A DNA stretch of 64,000 bases from Macrostomum lignano (lineage: Eukaryota), in assembly GCA_002269645.1 (NCBI GenBank), contig NIVC01000032.1, forward strand, positions 62,001 to 126,000, read 5' to 3'. Shown piece by piece: positions 34,791 to 46,937 of this stretch (within the stretch, counting starts at the first letter, position 1; the number at the start of each line of letters is the position of its first letter). A model generated the notes under the pieces. The model searched no databases. It was not told the DNA's origin and was given only the letters and a program-made list of their open reading frames with translations. Made by a program: the position numbers and the translations under genes.

Positions 34791-34825
34791 AAATGACGTC
34801 ACCTGCCTTGCAGCGCTGTGATTGG
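34791..34825. promoter_or_regulatory. CRE + CCAAT module
   Basis: TGACGTCA at 34794-34801 and ATTGG at 34821-34825. Confidence 0.4.
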
Positions 34826-34928
34826 CTAAAAAATTGGGAGGGGTTGCGCAACAACAAGTCACGAGATAACTGATGGCAGCAGCTTAAGGAGTCGGATCAA
34901 AATGCTGATTCAGAACAAAAAACAAGTT

Positions 34929-35735
34929 TGTAGAGTGTTCTACCTCCCGTAAAAAAGGAAAAGGAAGTTAATCGTAGGATGCTACTGTAAGTAAGTAAGT
35001 ACACGCATGCGCACCTAAATTTTAAATGAATCACGCTACCAGAAAAAGATGTTACCAGAAAAATACGCAATGAGCCATGTTCCCCTTTTAGCGCAACACG
35101 TGAGTTGTAATGCTGCTATTTTGGACTGAAAATGCGCCTATAAATACAAGCGGTCCGAAGCGGACCAGGAGCCAACTCCCGACGAGAGGAGAAGCTCCGA
35201 AGAGGAAGCCTTAGGAGGACTTCCTGATCAACCAAGTCAATTGAGACTCGGTCGAGTTGTTGCGGTAAGCCTTGCTTATTTGCACCCGTTGTGTTAGAGA
35301 CGTCACGCTCAAGTCTATTGAGACTTGAGTTTATTTGAGTCTGTTGAGACTCTACTGGTTGCAGTCTCCAGAAGGACTGCCCCTGATAGATCTTAGAAGA
35401 CTATCAGTGATTTCCGGAGCCATACCTAGAGTGCATAGAGGCACTGCTAGAAGAAGAAGGCTTAATTCAAACCGCAGTTTGGCGCAGGGATCCCATTGTT
35501 AAATTGGAAGCTTCCTATTGGTCCGAGCGACAGATTCCGGCCGGAACTATTTCTAAGGAAGAAAAGAAGACTCGGACCCGATCTACGAACGCAAGTCAGA
35601 AGCTGACTACACGATATCTCCTAAGGACTCAAGGTAATTGAATACCTTCTGTTGACTTACTGGGTTGCCTAGCTACTGAGCTAGAAGTGATTGTTCCTTG
35701 ATTACAGTTGAGGACGGGTAATAAGGAACACATCA
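34929..35735. mobile_element. Probable solo LTR (807 bp)
   Basis: Absent from the paralogous flank of copy 1 (about 6985-7000). TG...CA ends with an imperfect inverted repeat (TGTAGAGTGTTC / GAACACATCA), 4-bp TSD AGTT, and an internal TATA-like CCTATAAATA near 35137. Confidence 0.7.
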
Positions 35736-35936
35736 AGTTTAAGGGTAGCCGAAAAGGAGTGGTGTGGGTGTAGGTTGAGTCATCAATGATTAATCGAGGA
35801 AAAGGGACTTGGGATCCGAAAGTCGGGACCATGGAAGGTCGCGCGTAAAATTGGGGACTCTTTAAAATTGAAAATTAGTGAGTGGCTGCAAAAACAGCTG
35901 CTGCATTACGAACTAAGGAGCTTTAACTGCCTAATT

Positions 35937-36244
35937 CATGCTGCATAGCGACTGTGGCATGATTGCCAATCAGACATGCTGCATAGCGACTGTGGCATGA
36001 TTGCCAATCAGACATGCTGCATAGCGACTGCGGCATGATTGCCAATCAGACATGCTGCATAGCAACTGTGGTATGATTGCCAATCAGACATGCTGCATAG
36101 CGACTGTGGCATGATTGCCAATCAGACATGCTGCATAGCGACTGTGGCATGATTGCCAATCACACATGCTGCATAGCGACTGTGGCATGATTGCCAATCA
36201 GACATGCTGCATAGCAACTGCGGTATGATTGCCAATCACACATG
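35937..36244. repeat. 38-bp satellite, about 8 monomers
   Basis: Same unit, at the position homologous to 7201. Confidence 0.95.
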
Positions 36245-36859
36245 AAAACAGACATGCTGATTGAATTGCGAGAGCGGTGGCGTACACAGCATTTTTCATT
36301 TGTTGGGACGCCAAATGTATTTTGTACGAAGCTGGATTTTTCTTAGAAATGCATCGCAGTGCATTCAGTTCTCAGCTCTCGAGGATTTTCTTCACCGACT
36401 TTGTCTATGGCGAAACCCCATTCATTCGACAGAAAAATACGCAGCAGGTGACGGAAAAGTGCTCAAAGACAGCTCAGAGCAACTCACTGCAGGATTTTAT
36501 TTTTCAAACGAGTAAAGAGCAGGCGCTCCTTCGGTGCCGTGTCTGCTGCCTGCTGCTCTCCGCAATTTTTTTCCTTATTGAGTGATGCAGAATGAAGACC
36601 TGAAACTGCATGATAGAAATAACGGAACAATGCCTCAGTGCCAGATGAGCATTGGAGTATCAGGCACACGAAAATTCTTTTTTTTATTGCAGAAATTCGA
36701 CTTTGTCATAACATCTCCACATCCTGCTGACGTGCATCAACTCAAAGACTGAGTCACTGGGATAAAGCTGACAAACTGATGATGGGCACAAGGCACTGCA
36801 CTGCTGCATGCACCCGTAAACGCGGCACAGTTACACTGGTCCGCAGCTGCAAGTCCCAG

Positions 36860-37030
36860 CTGCTCAAACTACTGCTCAAACTGCTGCTCAAACTACTGCT
36901 CAAACTGCTGCTAAAACTGCTGCTCAAACTGCTGCTCAAACTGCTGCTCCTCTCCTGAGCACATCTCTCCTGAGCACATCTCTCCTGAGCACATCTCTCC
37001 TGAGTACATTTCTCTTAGGCACATCTCTCA
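36860..37030. repeat. Adjacent 12-bp (CAAACT[A/G]CTGCT) and 15-bp (AGCACATCTCTCCTG) tandem repeats
   Basis: About 7 and about 5 units respectively. The 12-mer also occurs near 2135 and 29250-29295. Confidence 0.85.
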
Positions 37031-37499
37031 GCCTTCTCATCCCTACTCTTCTCCCTCTTTACTCCTCTCTTCTTAAATTTTGAGTCATTTAAGTTTGCAT
37101 AATAAAATAATTTCTTAATGCATTGCTTCTTACTTCATCTGCATTTCAGCTTCTCCAGACAACAAGTATTTTATTCTATTTTAAGATACACTTGGCTATT
37201 TAATTTTCACGCCTTGCATGGGAATTGAGTACGTCGCCCACCTCCGGCCAGAGCATCGGCCAGGAGCCAACGGAGCCGCCATCAGTCCTGATAGCGCGGC
37301 GCAACCAAGCTGGCGACTCACAGGGGACGACGGAGTCAGGAGGCCTCTAAGCGCCGCCGGCAGCCCTTTAATGCGCGGCGCAAAGAGCTCCGCGCCAATG
37401 CCCGTCGGATCCACCAGGACTCGCGGCCTGCCAAGCCAGAGCCTCGAGGGCCATCGCTTCCACCCAACTCGGCCCCGCAATGCATGCACAAGCAGAGCC

Positions 37500-39551
37500 A
37501 AGAAGGAGACAAGTCGGCCGCATCTTTAAAACCAGATTCGGGTTGCCACCTTCAATGCCCGCACTCTCAGTCAGACATGGAGACTGCAGGAGCTGACCAG
37601 GCTGGCGGCCGACCTCAACATCTCCATCCTGGCAGTTCAAGAACATCGGCGACAGAACCCTGACGAGACTGTGCATCTGGGCCTAAGCTGGTAATTCAAG
37701 GCTGCCCCAGCCACTCCACAGGGAACTGGAGGTATCGGCTTCCTGCTGTCGCCCGCCGCATCCAGAGCGCTGCTGGACATCAGGTTCCCATCCGAGCGCC
37801 TGGGACACGCCTCCTTTGCCGGAAAAGACAGGCGTCTTCACATCATCTGCGACTGCGGCCCCTCGGGCCAGCGAAGATCCATCTGAGACAGAAGCCCTTT
37901 ACGACTCTGGGCTGCACGCAAGATTCCATCCCTGCTCGCGATTCTGTCATTGTCGCTGGTGACTTCAACTCGCCATTGCCAGCAGACGGCCGCCTGGTAA
38001 AGAACAGCTGTGGCATCCCCAATGCTAACTCTCCTTTTCTATCCAGTTTTGTCCAGGCCAGAGATCTGATGGCTGTCAATGGCACCACGCGACAGCGCTT
38101 CAGCAAGCTTCCAACTTTCTCTGGCCCCAACGGGCGAACCACTCGGCTGGACTGGATTCTCTGCCCAACTGCTCTGAGGTCCAGGGTGCGCAGAGTCCTC
38201 AACATCCGCCCCGACTGCGTTCAATCTGATCACCGCCTGGTGGCATGCGGCTTCGATCTGCACTGGCAAAAGCTCCGGCCTGCGCCACCTCACCCGCTCT
38301 GGGCCGACCTGAGAAGCCCGGACACGCGGCAGGCCTTCCAACTCAAGATGCTTGCCGCCACTCCTGCTCCAGCCGAGTCCTTCGAATCTTTCCATCACGC
38401 CATCGAGGATGCTGCAGCGCTTCTCCCACGGAGACAGGCAAACCATCCAAAGTCCCTGTGGGACCGCGATCTCATCATCTCCCAGGCAAGGCGGCACGTG
38501 CAGAGCACTGCTGCACCCCACGGCCATGACAGCGGCCAGGCCAGTGCTGCCAGGGACGAGCTGCAGGGTATTTATGCCCAGCGGACTATAGCCTTCATCG
38601 AAGAAGCTGTGAGCGAAATCCAACTCCCTACTGACAACTGCCGCCATAGTGCTGCCTGGAGGGCCATCAACCAGCTGACTGGCAGGAAGCCCAGGCCCAA
38701 CACCACCGTCGGCGCTGATTCCACCGAGCACCGCAAGGCCCTGCTGGCCGCCCACTACCGCGAGGTGCTCAACGCGCCCGATCCAACTACGCCTCTTCTG
38801 CCAATCCCAGACTTCGCTCCAGCCCAGCCAGACGCCTTCAACACCGGCCCCATCACTGCAGGCGAGGTTGACAGAGCACTGAGGACCATGCGAGCTGATG
38901 CCGCCGCTGGGGTGGAAGCCATCCCTCCCAGGGTCCTGAAGCTGGCCGAGCTCACCCGCGGTCATCACCTGCCTGCTGAAGAAGCACTGCAGCCTTGGAG
39001 GCAACGAGACCGCCTCAGCTCCTCAGCAATGGCGCACCTCCAAGATTTTCTCCATCCCGAAGAAAGGTGCCTCCACCAGCCCGGAAAACCAGCGGGGCAT
39101 CGCGCTGGAATGCACAACGCCGAAGCTGCTGAACGAGATTCTGCGCAACCGCCTCCTGCCCGGCCTTAACACGCTGCTGCTGAGCCTCCAAAGCGGCTTC
39201 CGCCCGAGCAGGTCCACTACCGAGCAGGTTGCCACCATCCACTCTGTCATCAAGGCCTGCAAGACACTCCAGCGCTCCGTGTCAATCATCTTCGTCGACT
39301 TTTGCAAGGAACGTTTTTAATTTAGCTGCCAGAGACGACCTGAAGGTGCGCCTGTTCAGCGCAGACGTCGAGCCGATCCTGATGTACGGCATGGAGGCTG
39401 TGCCGCTGACCGAGACGCGAGAGCGAGCCCTGGACGCGCTTTACCGATCGCTGCTGCGCTACGCGCTGGGCGTGCACTATCGGGATCGCCTGCCGACCAA
39501 CGCTCTGATGGCCCGCGCTGGAACTCCGCCCTTGAGCGCTATCCTGCGCCT
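37500..39551 (+). mobile_element. Degenerate RTE-like non-LTR retrotransposon (APE + partial RT) with an internal RT deletion
   Basis: APE motifs IRVATFNARTL, ILAVQEHR, AGDFNS, LDWIL, SDHRLV. RT motifs RGIAL, QSGFRP..STTEQV, IFVDF, then a jump at about 39308 to the C-terminal VEPILMYG, with no YADD. Frameshifted; the 5' boundary is uncertain. Confidence 0.85.
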
Positions 39552-40310
39552 GCCGTCCCCTGCCCTTCTCCTCTACTGCGTAGAGCCCTCCTCAGGCTCA
39601 ACCGCAGAGACCTCAGAGCAGTTAGCATGGCCCTCTTCGGGCATGGCTGCTTCTCTCGCAACCGTTTCCTTCAGGGCCAAGTTCCCGAGGAGCGGTGCCC
39701 CTTCTGCCGCTCAGGCAGTGAAAACGCCGAGCATTTTATCTGCCACTGCCCGGTTTTCACCAGGGCCAGGCTCACTCACCTCGGGCCAAACCCGGTTCTC
39801 TACGACGTTTGCAGGCCCGAGAGCATCCCGCTGCTCGCCCGGTACCTCAGGGACACGGGACGAGCTGAGTTCTTCCCCACTGTTGGTGAGAAGAACCGTG
39901 CTGCAGGCGAGACCGACGTGTCCCCCTGAGCGACATCGCTTCAGCGGAAGTCAATGGTCGCCAGGGGCCAGCGGAATGGGCGGTCCCCTCTGCCTCCTCG
40001 CTGCATCCGCCGGACGCCCCCTGCAGCTAAGTCAAGTCAAGCTATCCTGTGCCGGCACCGCCAGATGCTGCTGGGCCACAGCCTACGGACCCTGAGTCGC
40101 GGTGTGCCCGTCCCTCTGGCCCTGGCCATTCTGCACCGGCCGACCGAGCAATTGCACCGCGGCCAGGCTCGCACTGCCACCCTAACGAACTGCTCATCGC
40201 TGCTTGCAGGCGCTTGGGCTGACCCCTCAGGCTGCTGCTGCCTGCCCTTCCCGCCTGTTCGGCGAACGCGTGCGCGCGAGGGGCCTCCCCTCTGCGTCCT
40301 AATATATATA
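39552..40310 (+). mobile_element. 3' fragment of an RNase H-type (I/LOA-like) LINE
   Basis: LNRRDLRAVSMALFGHG...CPFCRSGSENAEHFICHCP..RARLTHLG resembles the C-terminus of the LINE at 44123-46516. The right boundary is approximate. Confidence 0.75.
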
Positions 40311-40319
40311 ATATATGCG

Positions 40320-40860
40320 TATGATACACGCGACCACCAAGAGAAACTTCATATGGCTTCGCCACACAGACACCACTTTGGTGGCAGCGGTAAAAGGAGA
40401 AAAGCTACATTCGCAATCAGAAGATGTACTATTAAGAAAATGCTGTGCAGGATGGCCTCAGCACAGTTCTAAAGCATTGGGCATTTCGATCCAGATGAAG
40501 ATCGCTCAACAATGCAGAGAAGTGGAGCCGCTATGTGCAGGAAGTCGAGCTGTTCATGGATGTGCAAGGAATAGCTGACGAAAAGAAGCAAGCCAAATTA
40601 TTGCTTCTAGCAGGGCCGAAAATCCTAAATTTGTTGCAGACTGTAAACTATGAACAAGGCTACGAAGCAATGAAGGAAGCGCTCAGCTCTCAATTCCATA
40701 AGGTGCAACCAATGGCGTCCATGAGACTTACAAGCTGCTGTCAGTAAGCCAGATAGAGGGAGAACCATTTGATTCGTTCTACAGTCGTCTAAAAAGTGCG
40801 GCAAAGTACTGCAACTTTCCCGTCGAGTACAAGCCTGAAAGAAAAGCCGCAGAAGCAATC
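40320..40860 (+). mobile_element. Truncated Gypsy relic: LTR end, PBS and gag start
   Basis: TGGTGGCAGCGGT at 40379-40391 is complementary to the 3' end of tRNA-Leu(AAG/UAG)-type tRNAs. Gag-like text follows: YVQEVELFMDVQGI..AKLLLLAG and GEPFDSFYSRLKSAAKYCNF. Confidence 0.7.
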
Positions 40861-40904
40861 TATATAACTAAATCCCCATGTTACCTAATGCTAAACAGCA
40901 TCTG

Positions 40905-40985
40905 AGTGAATGTCACTGGGCCAATGTCAGTGGGCCAATATCACTGAGCCAATGTCACTGGACCAACGTGACTGGGCCAATGCCC
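40905..40985. repeat. 14-bp repeat (GGGCCAATGTCACT), about 5 degenerate copies
   Basis: Homologous to the larger array at 60164-60672, upstream of copy 6. Confidence 0.8.
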
Positions 40986-41295
40986 ATAACGCATAAGCAA
41001 CTGATAGATCAGACCCTGCTGGCAAAAGTGATCTTCCGTCCCCCTGGCCTTCCAGGCCTCGCACAGAGCCAAGCGCACAGGTGCAACAGATAACGCAGTT
41101 GCTTTGTGACAGATTCAGCAGGCAGATGCGGTCTCTAGCCTGCAGACAGTCACCTGCCCTGTGCCAATGTAAACTGTGCGACCCCACCCATGCTGCAGCT
41201 GCCGCTCTCGTACATAAAAGTCAGACCTGTACGAAAATAATTCAGTTTTCGTTTCTTAATTAAAGAAATAAGATTTCAAAACCTGCGGTACTGCA

Positions 41296-42924
41296 ATGAG
41301 CCTTGAAGACTACAGCGACAGCTCGAGTTCGGACGCGCCTCCCGCTTCCCCAACTCCTCTCTGCATCATCTGCGACCAAGCTGCAGTCGGTGAGGCTCCG
41401 TTCTCCCGCTGCCTCATGTGCAGTCAACACCTCAGTGTCGATGTGGCCAATCTATTCAAGCTCAAGGAGGAGGTCGAAGAGCTGCTGCGTCCCTACTCAG
41501 AAGAGTCACGAGACGCAGCAAGTGCAGCTGGCCGTGCAGCGCTGCTGCGACCAAGACAAGACGCTGAGTCGCTGCGTCGTCTCGCTCTCGACATCCAACA
41601 GCAGCTGCAAGAGGTCAATCAAAAATTCGATTTGGTACAGCAACACATCGACTCGTTTCGTAGCAGGGTGACGGGCCAGCTCTCAGGTGTGCTTGAGGCA
41701 GTGCGTGTGTGCGAGCGGGACCTCGAGGACGTCTCCAGCTACAAGCGGGAGGTGGCCACGGCGGAGGCTGCAGGCGACATGGCGGAGCTGCTTCGCCTGG
41801 TGCAGTCCATGCACGAATCGCTTGGAGACTTGGAGGCCGACTTTGAGAGGTCAGAGCGCCTGCTCAGAGACCAGAGCAACAATGAGGAGCTGCAGCTGCG
41901 GCTTCTGGGCCAGCTCGAGCGGCTGGTCGGCATTTGTGCGGGACGGAGTGAAGAGGGCGACTGGTCGAGAGACGCTGCTGTGACCGCGACATCCGAGGAG
42001 ATAGACGCTGCTGAGAAAGAGAGACTGCTGTTCGATCCGATGGTCTTCAATCACAAGGTGAAGCTGGATGGCAATTCTCAATGGCTGGCTGTGTGCAGCG
42101 ACACCAGCGGATTCGTTGGTGACCGCTCAGGCCGTGTGGTTCCCGCCGACTCAGCGAGAGACGGCAGCGAGGCTTTGCCTCAGCCCTGCATTATTGCAGC
42201 ATTCTGTAAAAATAGAGACCATCTACTGGTGCTTTCTGTGGACGGCTCACAGAAGCTGCGGTGCCACTGCGACATCGACTGGAAGAAGAGCATTCATGGC
42301 CTTCACTGCGACCGTCAGCTGCTGTTCATTGCTCAGTCTAACGCAGTGACAGTGACAGAACTGAGCGGTCGCGCGGTTCGTCGAGTCCACATCGTGGGCT
42401 TCGGTGACATCTGTGGAATCGGCGGCAACGCAGCCTCCGTGTTTGTGTCCAGTGGAAACAAAATTGCTGCATTCAGCAAAGCGACTTGGCAGATGGAGAC
42501 GGTCATCACGCTGTCTCAGCTTCCTCATGCTGCACTGGGTAACCTGACAACTCACGACAACTGCATTCTGGTGACGGACTGGATGCACAATCAGGTGCAC
42601 AGAGTGCGCATCGACACCCAGCAGCTGGTCGCCTCCTTCCCGACTCAGCGATCCGGCCTCCAAGAGTTTGCTTATCCAAAGGATGTGGCCGTCGACAGCA
42701 GAGGCCGCCTGTTCGTGAGTGAATTTTTGGGTTACTCAGTGCGAGCAGTGGCTGCAGACGAGGGGTCGCTGCTGTGGACTCTGGGGACTCCGGGCGAGAG
42801 CGGCAGCGGAGACGACAGATTCAGGGGTCCATGGGGTCTGGCGGTGGTGACGGGAGGTCCGCGCGACCAGCTGGTGGTGGCTGACTGTGGGAACAGGAGA
42901 CTGCAGGTGTTCAGTGCATCCTAG
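41296..42924 (+). CDS. TRIM-NHL-like protein, copy 4 (intact, no SQ repeat)
   Basis: 542-aa open frame MSLEDYSDSSSS...RLQVFSAS* with the Cys motif, coiled coil and NHL signatures. Confidence 0.9.
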   Translation: MSLEDYSDSSSSDAPPASPTPLCIICDQAAVGEAPFSRCLMCSQHLSVDVANLFKLKEEVEELLRPYSEESRDAASAAGRAALLRPRQDAESLRRLALDIQQQLQEVNQKFDLVQQHIDSFRSRVTGQLSGVLEAVRVCERDLEDVSSYKREVATAEAAGDMAELLRLVQSMHESLGDLEADFERSERLLRDQSNNEELQLRLLGQLERLVGICAGRSEEGDWSRDAAVTATSEEIDAAEKERLLFDPMVFNHKVKLDGNSQWLAVCSDTSGFVGDRSGRVVPADSARDGSEALPQPCIIAAFCKNRDHLLVLSVDGSQKLRCHCDIDWKKSIHGLHCDRQLLFIAQSNAVTVTELSGRAVRRVHIVGFGDICGIGGNAASVFVSSGNKIAAFSKATWQMETVITLSQLPHAALGNLTTHDNCILVTDWMHNQVHRVRIDTQQLVASFPTQRSGLQEFAYPKDVAVDSRGRLFVSEFLGYSVRAVAADEGSLLWTLGTPGESGSGDDRFRGPWGLAVVTGGPRDQLVVADCGNRRLQVFSAS

Positions 42925-43750
42925 TTTTATTCACAGGCCGAATAAAAATCCAACTGTGGGGTTTCTGGAGTGACTGATTTATTGGAGGCTGGTTTTTTGT
43001 TGAATTTTTTATTACTGTGGAATAATTACCATGTGATTACCTTCTTTGTCTGTTAATTTTTATCATGTCTAGTATATTCAAAATTGATACTTATTGAATA
43101 GAATCACATTGAACACTATGCATGCATTCAGTAATTATGTTAAAGCACAGATACCGTATATCTGTGTGTTAAAGTATCTGTGTGTTAAAGTAACGTTTTC
43201 CCTCAACACTTCTCTCATTTTTTTATTTTTCTGGAAGTTTCAGCACCAGAAACTGGGACTGCACTGTTGAATTGAATTTCAGCAAGCACATTTGGTTCCT
43301 GTGCAACTTTTCCTGGAAATTTCTTATTACGCTGTGACGAATTAAACTCCAACTTTTGATTCTCAAGCCGTTCATTTCTCAGTTTGCATCTGATGCAATT
43401 TCTCTTTTAACCACTTCAACTGAATTCAAAATGATTTTTTCTCCTAAACTATATTCAGTCGTAAAACTTGTTTAGCAAATAATTATTTGGAGGTCAAGAA
43501 TGAGTCGAGTCGAACCCGGGTCAGTTGGGAGAAAAATATCGCCACAAGTCACGTGCCAATTCAATTGATGGGAACTGCTTAAGGAGATCGGGGCCACAAT
43601 TGCTGATTCAGAACAAAATAACGGAGGTTGGGGTGGGCGAAAAGGAGTGGGGTGGGTGTAAGTGGTGAGTCATCGCTGATTCATTGAAAATTAGTTAGTG
43701 GCTGCCAAAAGCCGCTGCTGCATCAGAAGCTGAGAGACTTTAACTGACGT

Positions 43751-44122
43751 CATGCTGCATAGCGACTGCGGCAAGATTGCCAATCAGACATGCTGCATAG
43801 CGACTGCGGCATGATTGCCAATCAGACATGCTGCATAGCGACTGTGGCATGATTGCCAATCAGACATGCTGCATAGCGACTGTGGCATGATTGCCAATCA
43901 GACATGCTGCATAGCGACTGTGGCATGATTGCCAATCAGACATGCTGCATAGCGACTGTGGCATGATTGCCAATCACACATGCTGCATAGCGACTGTGGC
44001 ATGATTGCCAATCACACATGCTGCATAGCGACTGAGGCATGATTGCCAATCAGACATGCTGCATAGCGACTGTGGCATGATTGCCAATCAGACATGCTGC
44101 ATAGCGACTGCGGCATGATTGC
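43751..44122. repeat. 38-bp satellite, left part (about 10 monomers)
   Basis: Array interrupted by the LINE. Confidence 0.95.
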
Positions 44123-46516
44123 TTGTTGACTGTTATACCACAGGTTACATTCCCACAATCTGGAGAATGTCCAGAGTCGTGTTCATCCCGAAACCTGCTA
44201 AGGGTGACTACACCAACGTGAAATCCTTCCGGCCCATCAGCCTCACTTCCTTTTGTGTTAAGCTGATGGAGAGGCTCATCCTGTGGAGGCTTCGAGAGTG
44301 CGACCTGCGCTCCGACCCTGTCAGTAAGTACCAGTACGCCTTCCAGCCTGGAGGACGACTGAGCATGCTCTCCACGCCATTACCTCCAAAATGAGAGTGC
44401 CATCCTTAGCAAACAACTCGCTTGCGGGTTGTTCGTTGACTTCGAAGGAGCATTTGACAATGTCCTCTTCCGCTCCTTCAGAAATTCTCTTTCCCGCAGG
44501 AATGTAAGACACAGCATTGTTCGCTGGATTTATTTTATGATCCGCAAAAGGTTTGTGACATCCACACTTATGGGCGTTACCCTCACCCGGGCGGTGATGA
44601 AAGGCGGCCCGCAAGGTGGCGTGCTAACTCCACTTCTCTGGAATCTCGTCATGGACGAACTTCTAACCGCTGACATTCCCAGCAGTATCACCAGGGCGGG
44701 CTACGCCGATGACGTTGCCGCGGTCGTCAGCGGACCCGACCCCGCCACTCTGCGCAACCTGATGCAGCAATTCGCCGACAAGGCGGCCGACTGGGCTACA
44801 CAGCATGGCCTAAAAATCAGCGTCACTAAGACTGTCGCTGTCGTTTTCACCAAGCGCCGTAAGTGGGAGATGAAAAACCTCACTGTCTATGGCAGAAACA
44901 TCCCCTTCAAGAAGGAGGTCAAATACCTCGGTGTGACGCTAACGCATGACCTGCGCTGGACGAAGCACCTTGATAACGTCATCGGTCGGGCAAAACGCTG
45001 CTTTGCCCAGCTGCGCAGAGCCATCGGGCCGACTTGGGGCCTCTCGCCTAGAACGGTCCGTTGGATTTATACCGGCATCATCCGGCCCAGAATCACATAC
45101 GCGAGTCTCATCTGGACTAGCGTGCTGGAGCAGAAGGCCGCCCGTCAGCGGCTGTACCAGCTTCAGGGCAGCATTTGCCGTGCCATCACAGGTGCGTACC
45201 CGTCCACCCCTTACGAGGGGCTGAACACTATCCTTAACCTACCTCCGCTTCACCTATTTATTAGGGCGGAGGCTATGAAGTCTGCCTCCCGGCTTATCAG
45301 AGATAAAACGTTAAATAACGCGCCCTCTGGCTTTATGCCAATGAAAACATTAATCCCGCATATGGACTTTGTCCGCCGCGACCTTAACAACATCCACATG
45401 GACCTGGGCAATGTGGATAGTCGACCTCCCGCCCTCAACATCAGGAGGGGCTTCAAGACCGCCATCCCTGGCCGAGACAACATTCCGCTGGATGTCGGTG
45501 TGAACCGGCGCAGCCAGGGCATTCACTGCTTCACCGACGGCTCGCTGTTCAACGGCCGCGCTGGAGCGGGTATTGCCATTTTCCACGAGGGTAAGATGCT
45601 TCTCCAGGAAAGTCTGCACCTCGGTGAGAACACCTCAGTTTTCCAAGCTGAAATTTGCGCCATTGAGCAGTGTGCCCAGCAACTGTTTCAGGCGAACATT
45701 AATAATTTTGACATTAATTTCTACACTGATAGCCAAGCTGCTATTAAGGCCTTAACCACTGAGAATATCTCCGCTGCTACAGTATCTCAATGCCACCGCA
45801 GTGTGCAATCTCTCTCAGTCCTTAACAGGATTAGAATTATCTGGACACCTGGTCACAGCAACATCCTGGGCAACGAGCTCGCGGACTCTCTCGCCAAGGA
45901 GGGCAGCAACCCAGACGGCAACCACCGTCTGATGAGGCTACCCACCCCCAGGTCGCAAGTCACCCGCCATATCAACAGGTGGCTCCATCAGCAGCACCAG
46001 CTCCACTGGAACAGCTGCACCGAGTACAGGCAGAGCCGCTCTGCCATGCCTAACCTGAACAGGAAAGTCTCTGATTATCTGATTTCGCTTAACAGAACCG
46101 ACCTCAGGGAGATGTGCATGGTCCTAACCGGCCACGGATTCTTCCAGAGACATATATCGTTGCAAACCGGTTGCCCTCCCACCTGTCCCTTCTGTGGCAT
46201 AGGAGAGGAGACCGCGGAGCATCACGTCACCTTCTGCCCTTACTTCAACAAGGCGCGGCACAAATACCTCGGCCACCCCAGCGGATGGACGAGCTGACCA
46301 CCGCGGACAATATCCGAGACCTCCGCGCCTTCGTCCGGGACTCCGGCCGGATGAGGGTCGCCGATGCCTCCACTGCGGACCTGCCGACTACTGGCGGGGA
46401 CTGGGCGCACCCCCAAGGCTAATCCTTGTGCTCTTTTACCTTGGGGTTGCGATAGGGGCCTCGCGGCCTATTCGCGGCGCCTGCGCCCCCCGTCAGTAGT
46501 AAGTAAGTAAGTAAGT
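44123..46516 (+). mobile_element. 5'-truncated non-LTR retrotransposon with RT, RNase H and a C-terminal Zn motif (I/LOA-like), (TAAG)n tail
   Basis: [89 protein letters not shown]. One frameshift near 44355-44395. Tail at about 46497-46516. Confidence 0.93.
44429..46297 (+). CDS. LINE ORF2 remnant (RT-RNase H); the start is not a true initiator
   Basis: 622-aa open frame carrying the RT and RNase H catalytic motifs. Confidence 0.8.
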   Translation: MFVDFEGAFDNVLFRSFRNSLSRRNVRHSIVRWIYFMIRKRFVTSTLMGVTLTRAVMKGGPQGGVLTPLLWNLVMDELLTADIPSSITRAGYADDVAAVVSGPDPATLRNLMQQFADKAADWATQHGLKISVTKTVAVVFTKRRKWEMKNLTVYGRNIPFKKEVKYLGVTLTHDLRWTKHLDNVIGRAKRCFAQLRRAIGPTWGLSPRTVRWIYTGIIRPRITYASLIWTSVLEQKAARQRLYQLQGSICRAITGAYPSTPYEGLNTILNLPPLHLFIRAEAMKSASRLIRDKTLNNAPSGFMPMKTLIPHMDFVRRDLNNIHMDLGNVDSRPPALNIRRGFKTAIPGRDNIPLDVGVNRRSQGIHCFTDGSLFNGRAGAGIAIFHEGKMLLQESLHLGENTSVFQAEICAIEQCAQQLFQANINNFDINFYTDSQAAIKALTTENISAATVSQCHRSVQSLSVLNRIRIIWTPGHSNILGNELADSLAKEGSNPDGNHRLMRLPTPRSQVTRHINRWLHQQHQLHWNSCTEYRQSRSAMPNLNRKVSDYLISLNRTDLREMCMVLTGHGFFQRHISLQTGCPPTCPFCGIGEETAEHHVTFCPYFNKARHKYLGHPSGWTS

Positions 46517-46937
46517 ATGCTGCATAGCGACTGTGGCATGATTGCCAATCAGACATGCTGCATAGCGACTGTGGCATGATTGCCAATCAGACATGCTGCA
46601 TAGCGACTGAGGCATGATTGCCAATCAGACATGCTGCATAGCGACTGTGGCATGATTGCCAATCAGACATGCTGCATAGCGACTGTGGCATGATTGCCAA
46701 TCAGACATGCTGCATAGCGACTGAGGCATGATTGCCAATCAGACATGCTGCATAGCGACTGTGGCATGATTGCCAATCAGACATGCTGCATAGCGACTGT
46801 GGCATGATTGCCAATCAGACATGCTGCATAGCGACTGTGGTATGATTGCCAATCAGACATGCTGCATAGCGACTGTGGCATGATTGCTAATCAGACATGC
46901 TGCATAGCGACTGCGGTATGATTGCCAATCAGACATG
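46517..46937. repeat. 38-bp satellite, right part (about 11 monomers)
   Basis: Resumes directly after the TAAG tail and ends with the usual exit sequence. Confidence 0.95.

Noticed and set aside
38039-39004. 321-aa minus-strand ORF, and other antisense or alternate-frame ORFs over the TEs and TRIM-NHL genes
   Set aside because: Shadow frames of GC-rich coding sequence with no recognisable motifs. Their recurrence simply follows the gene duplications.
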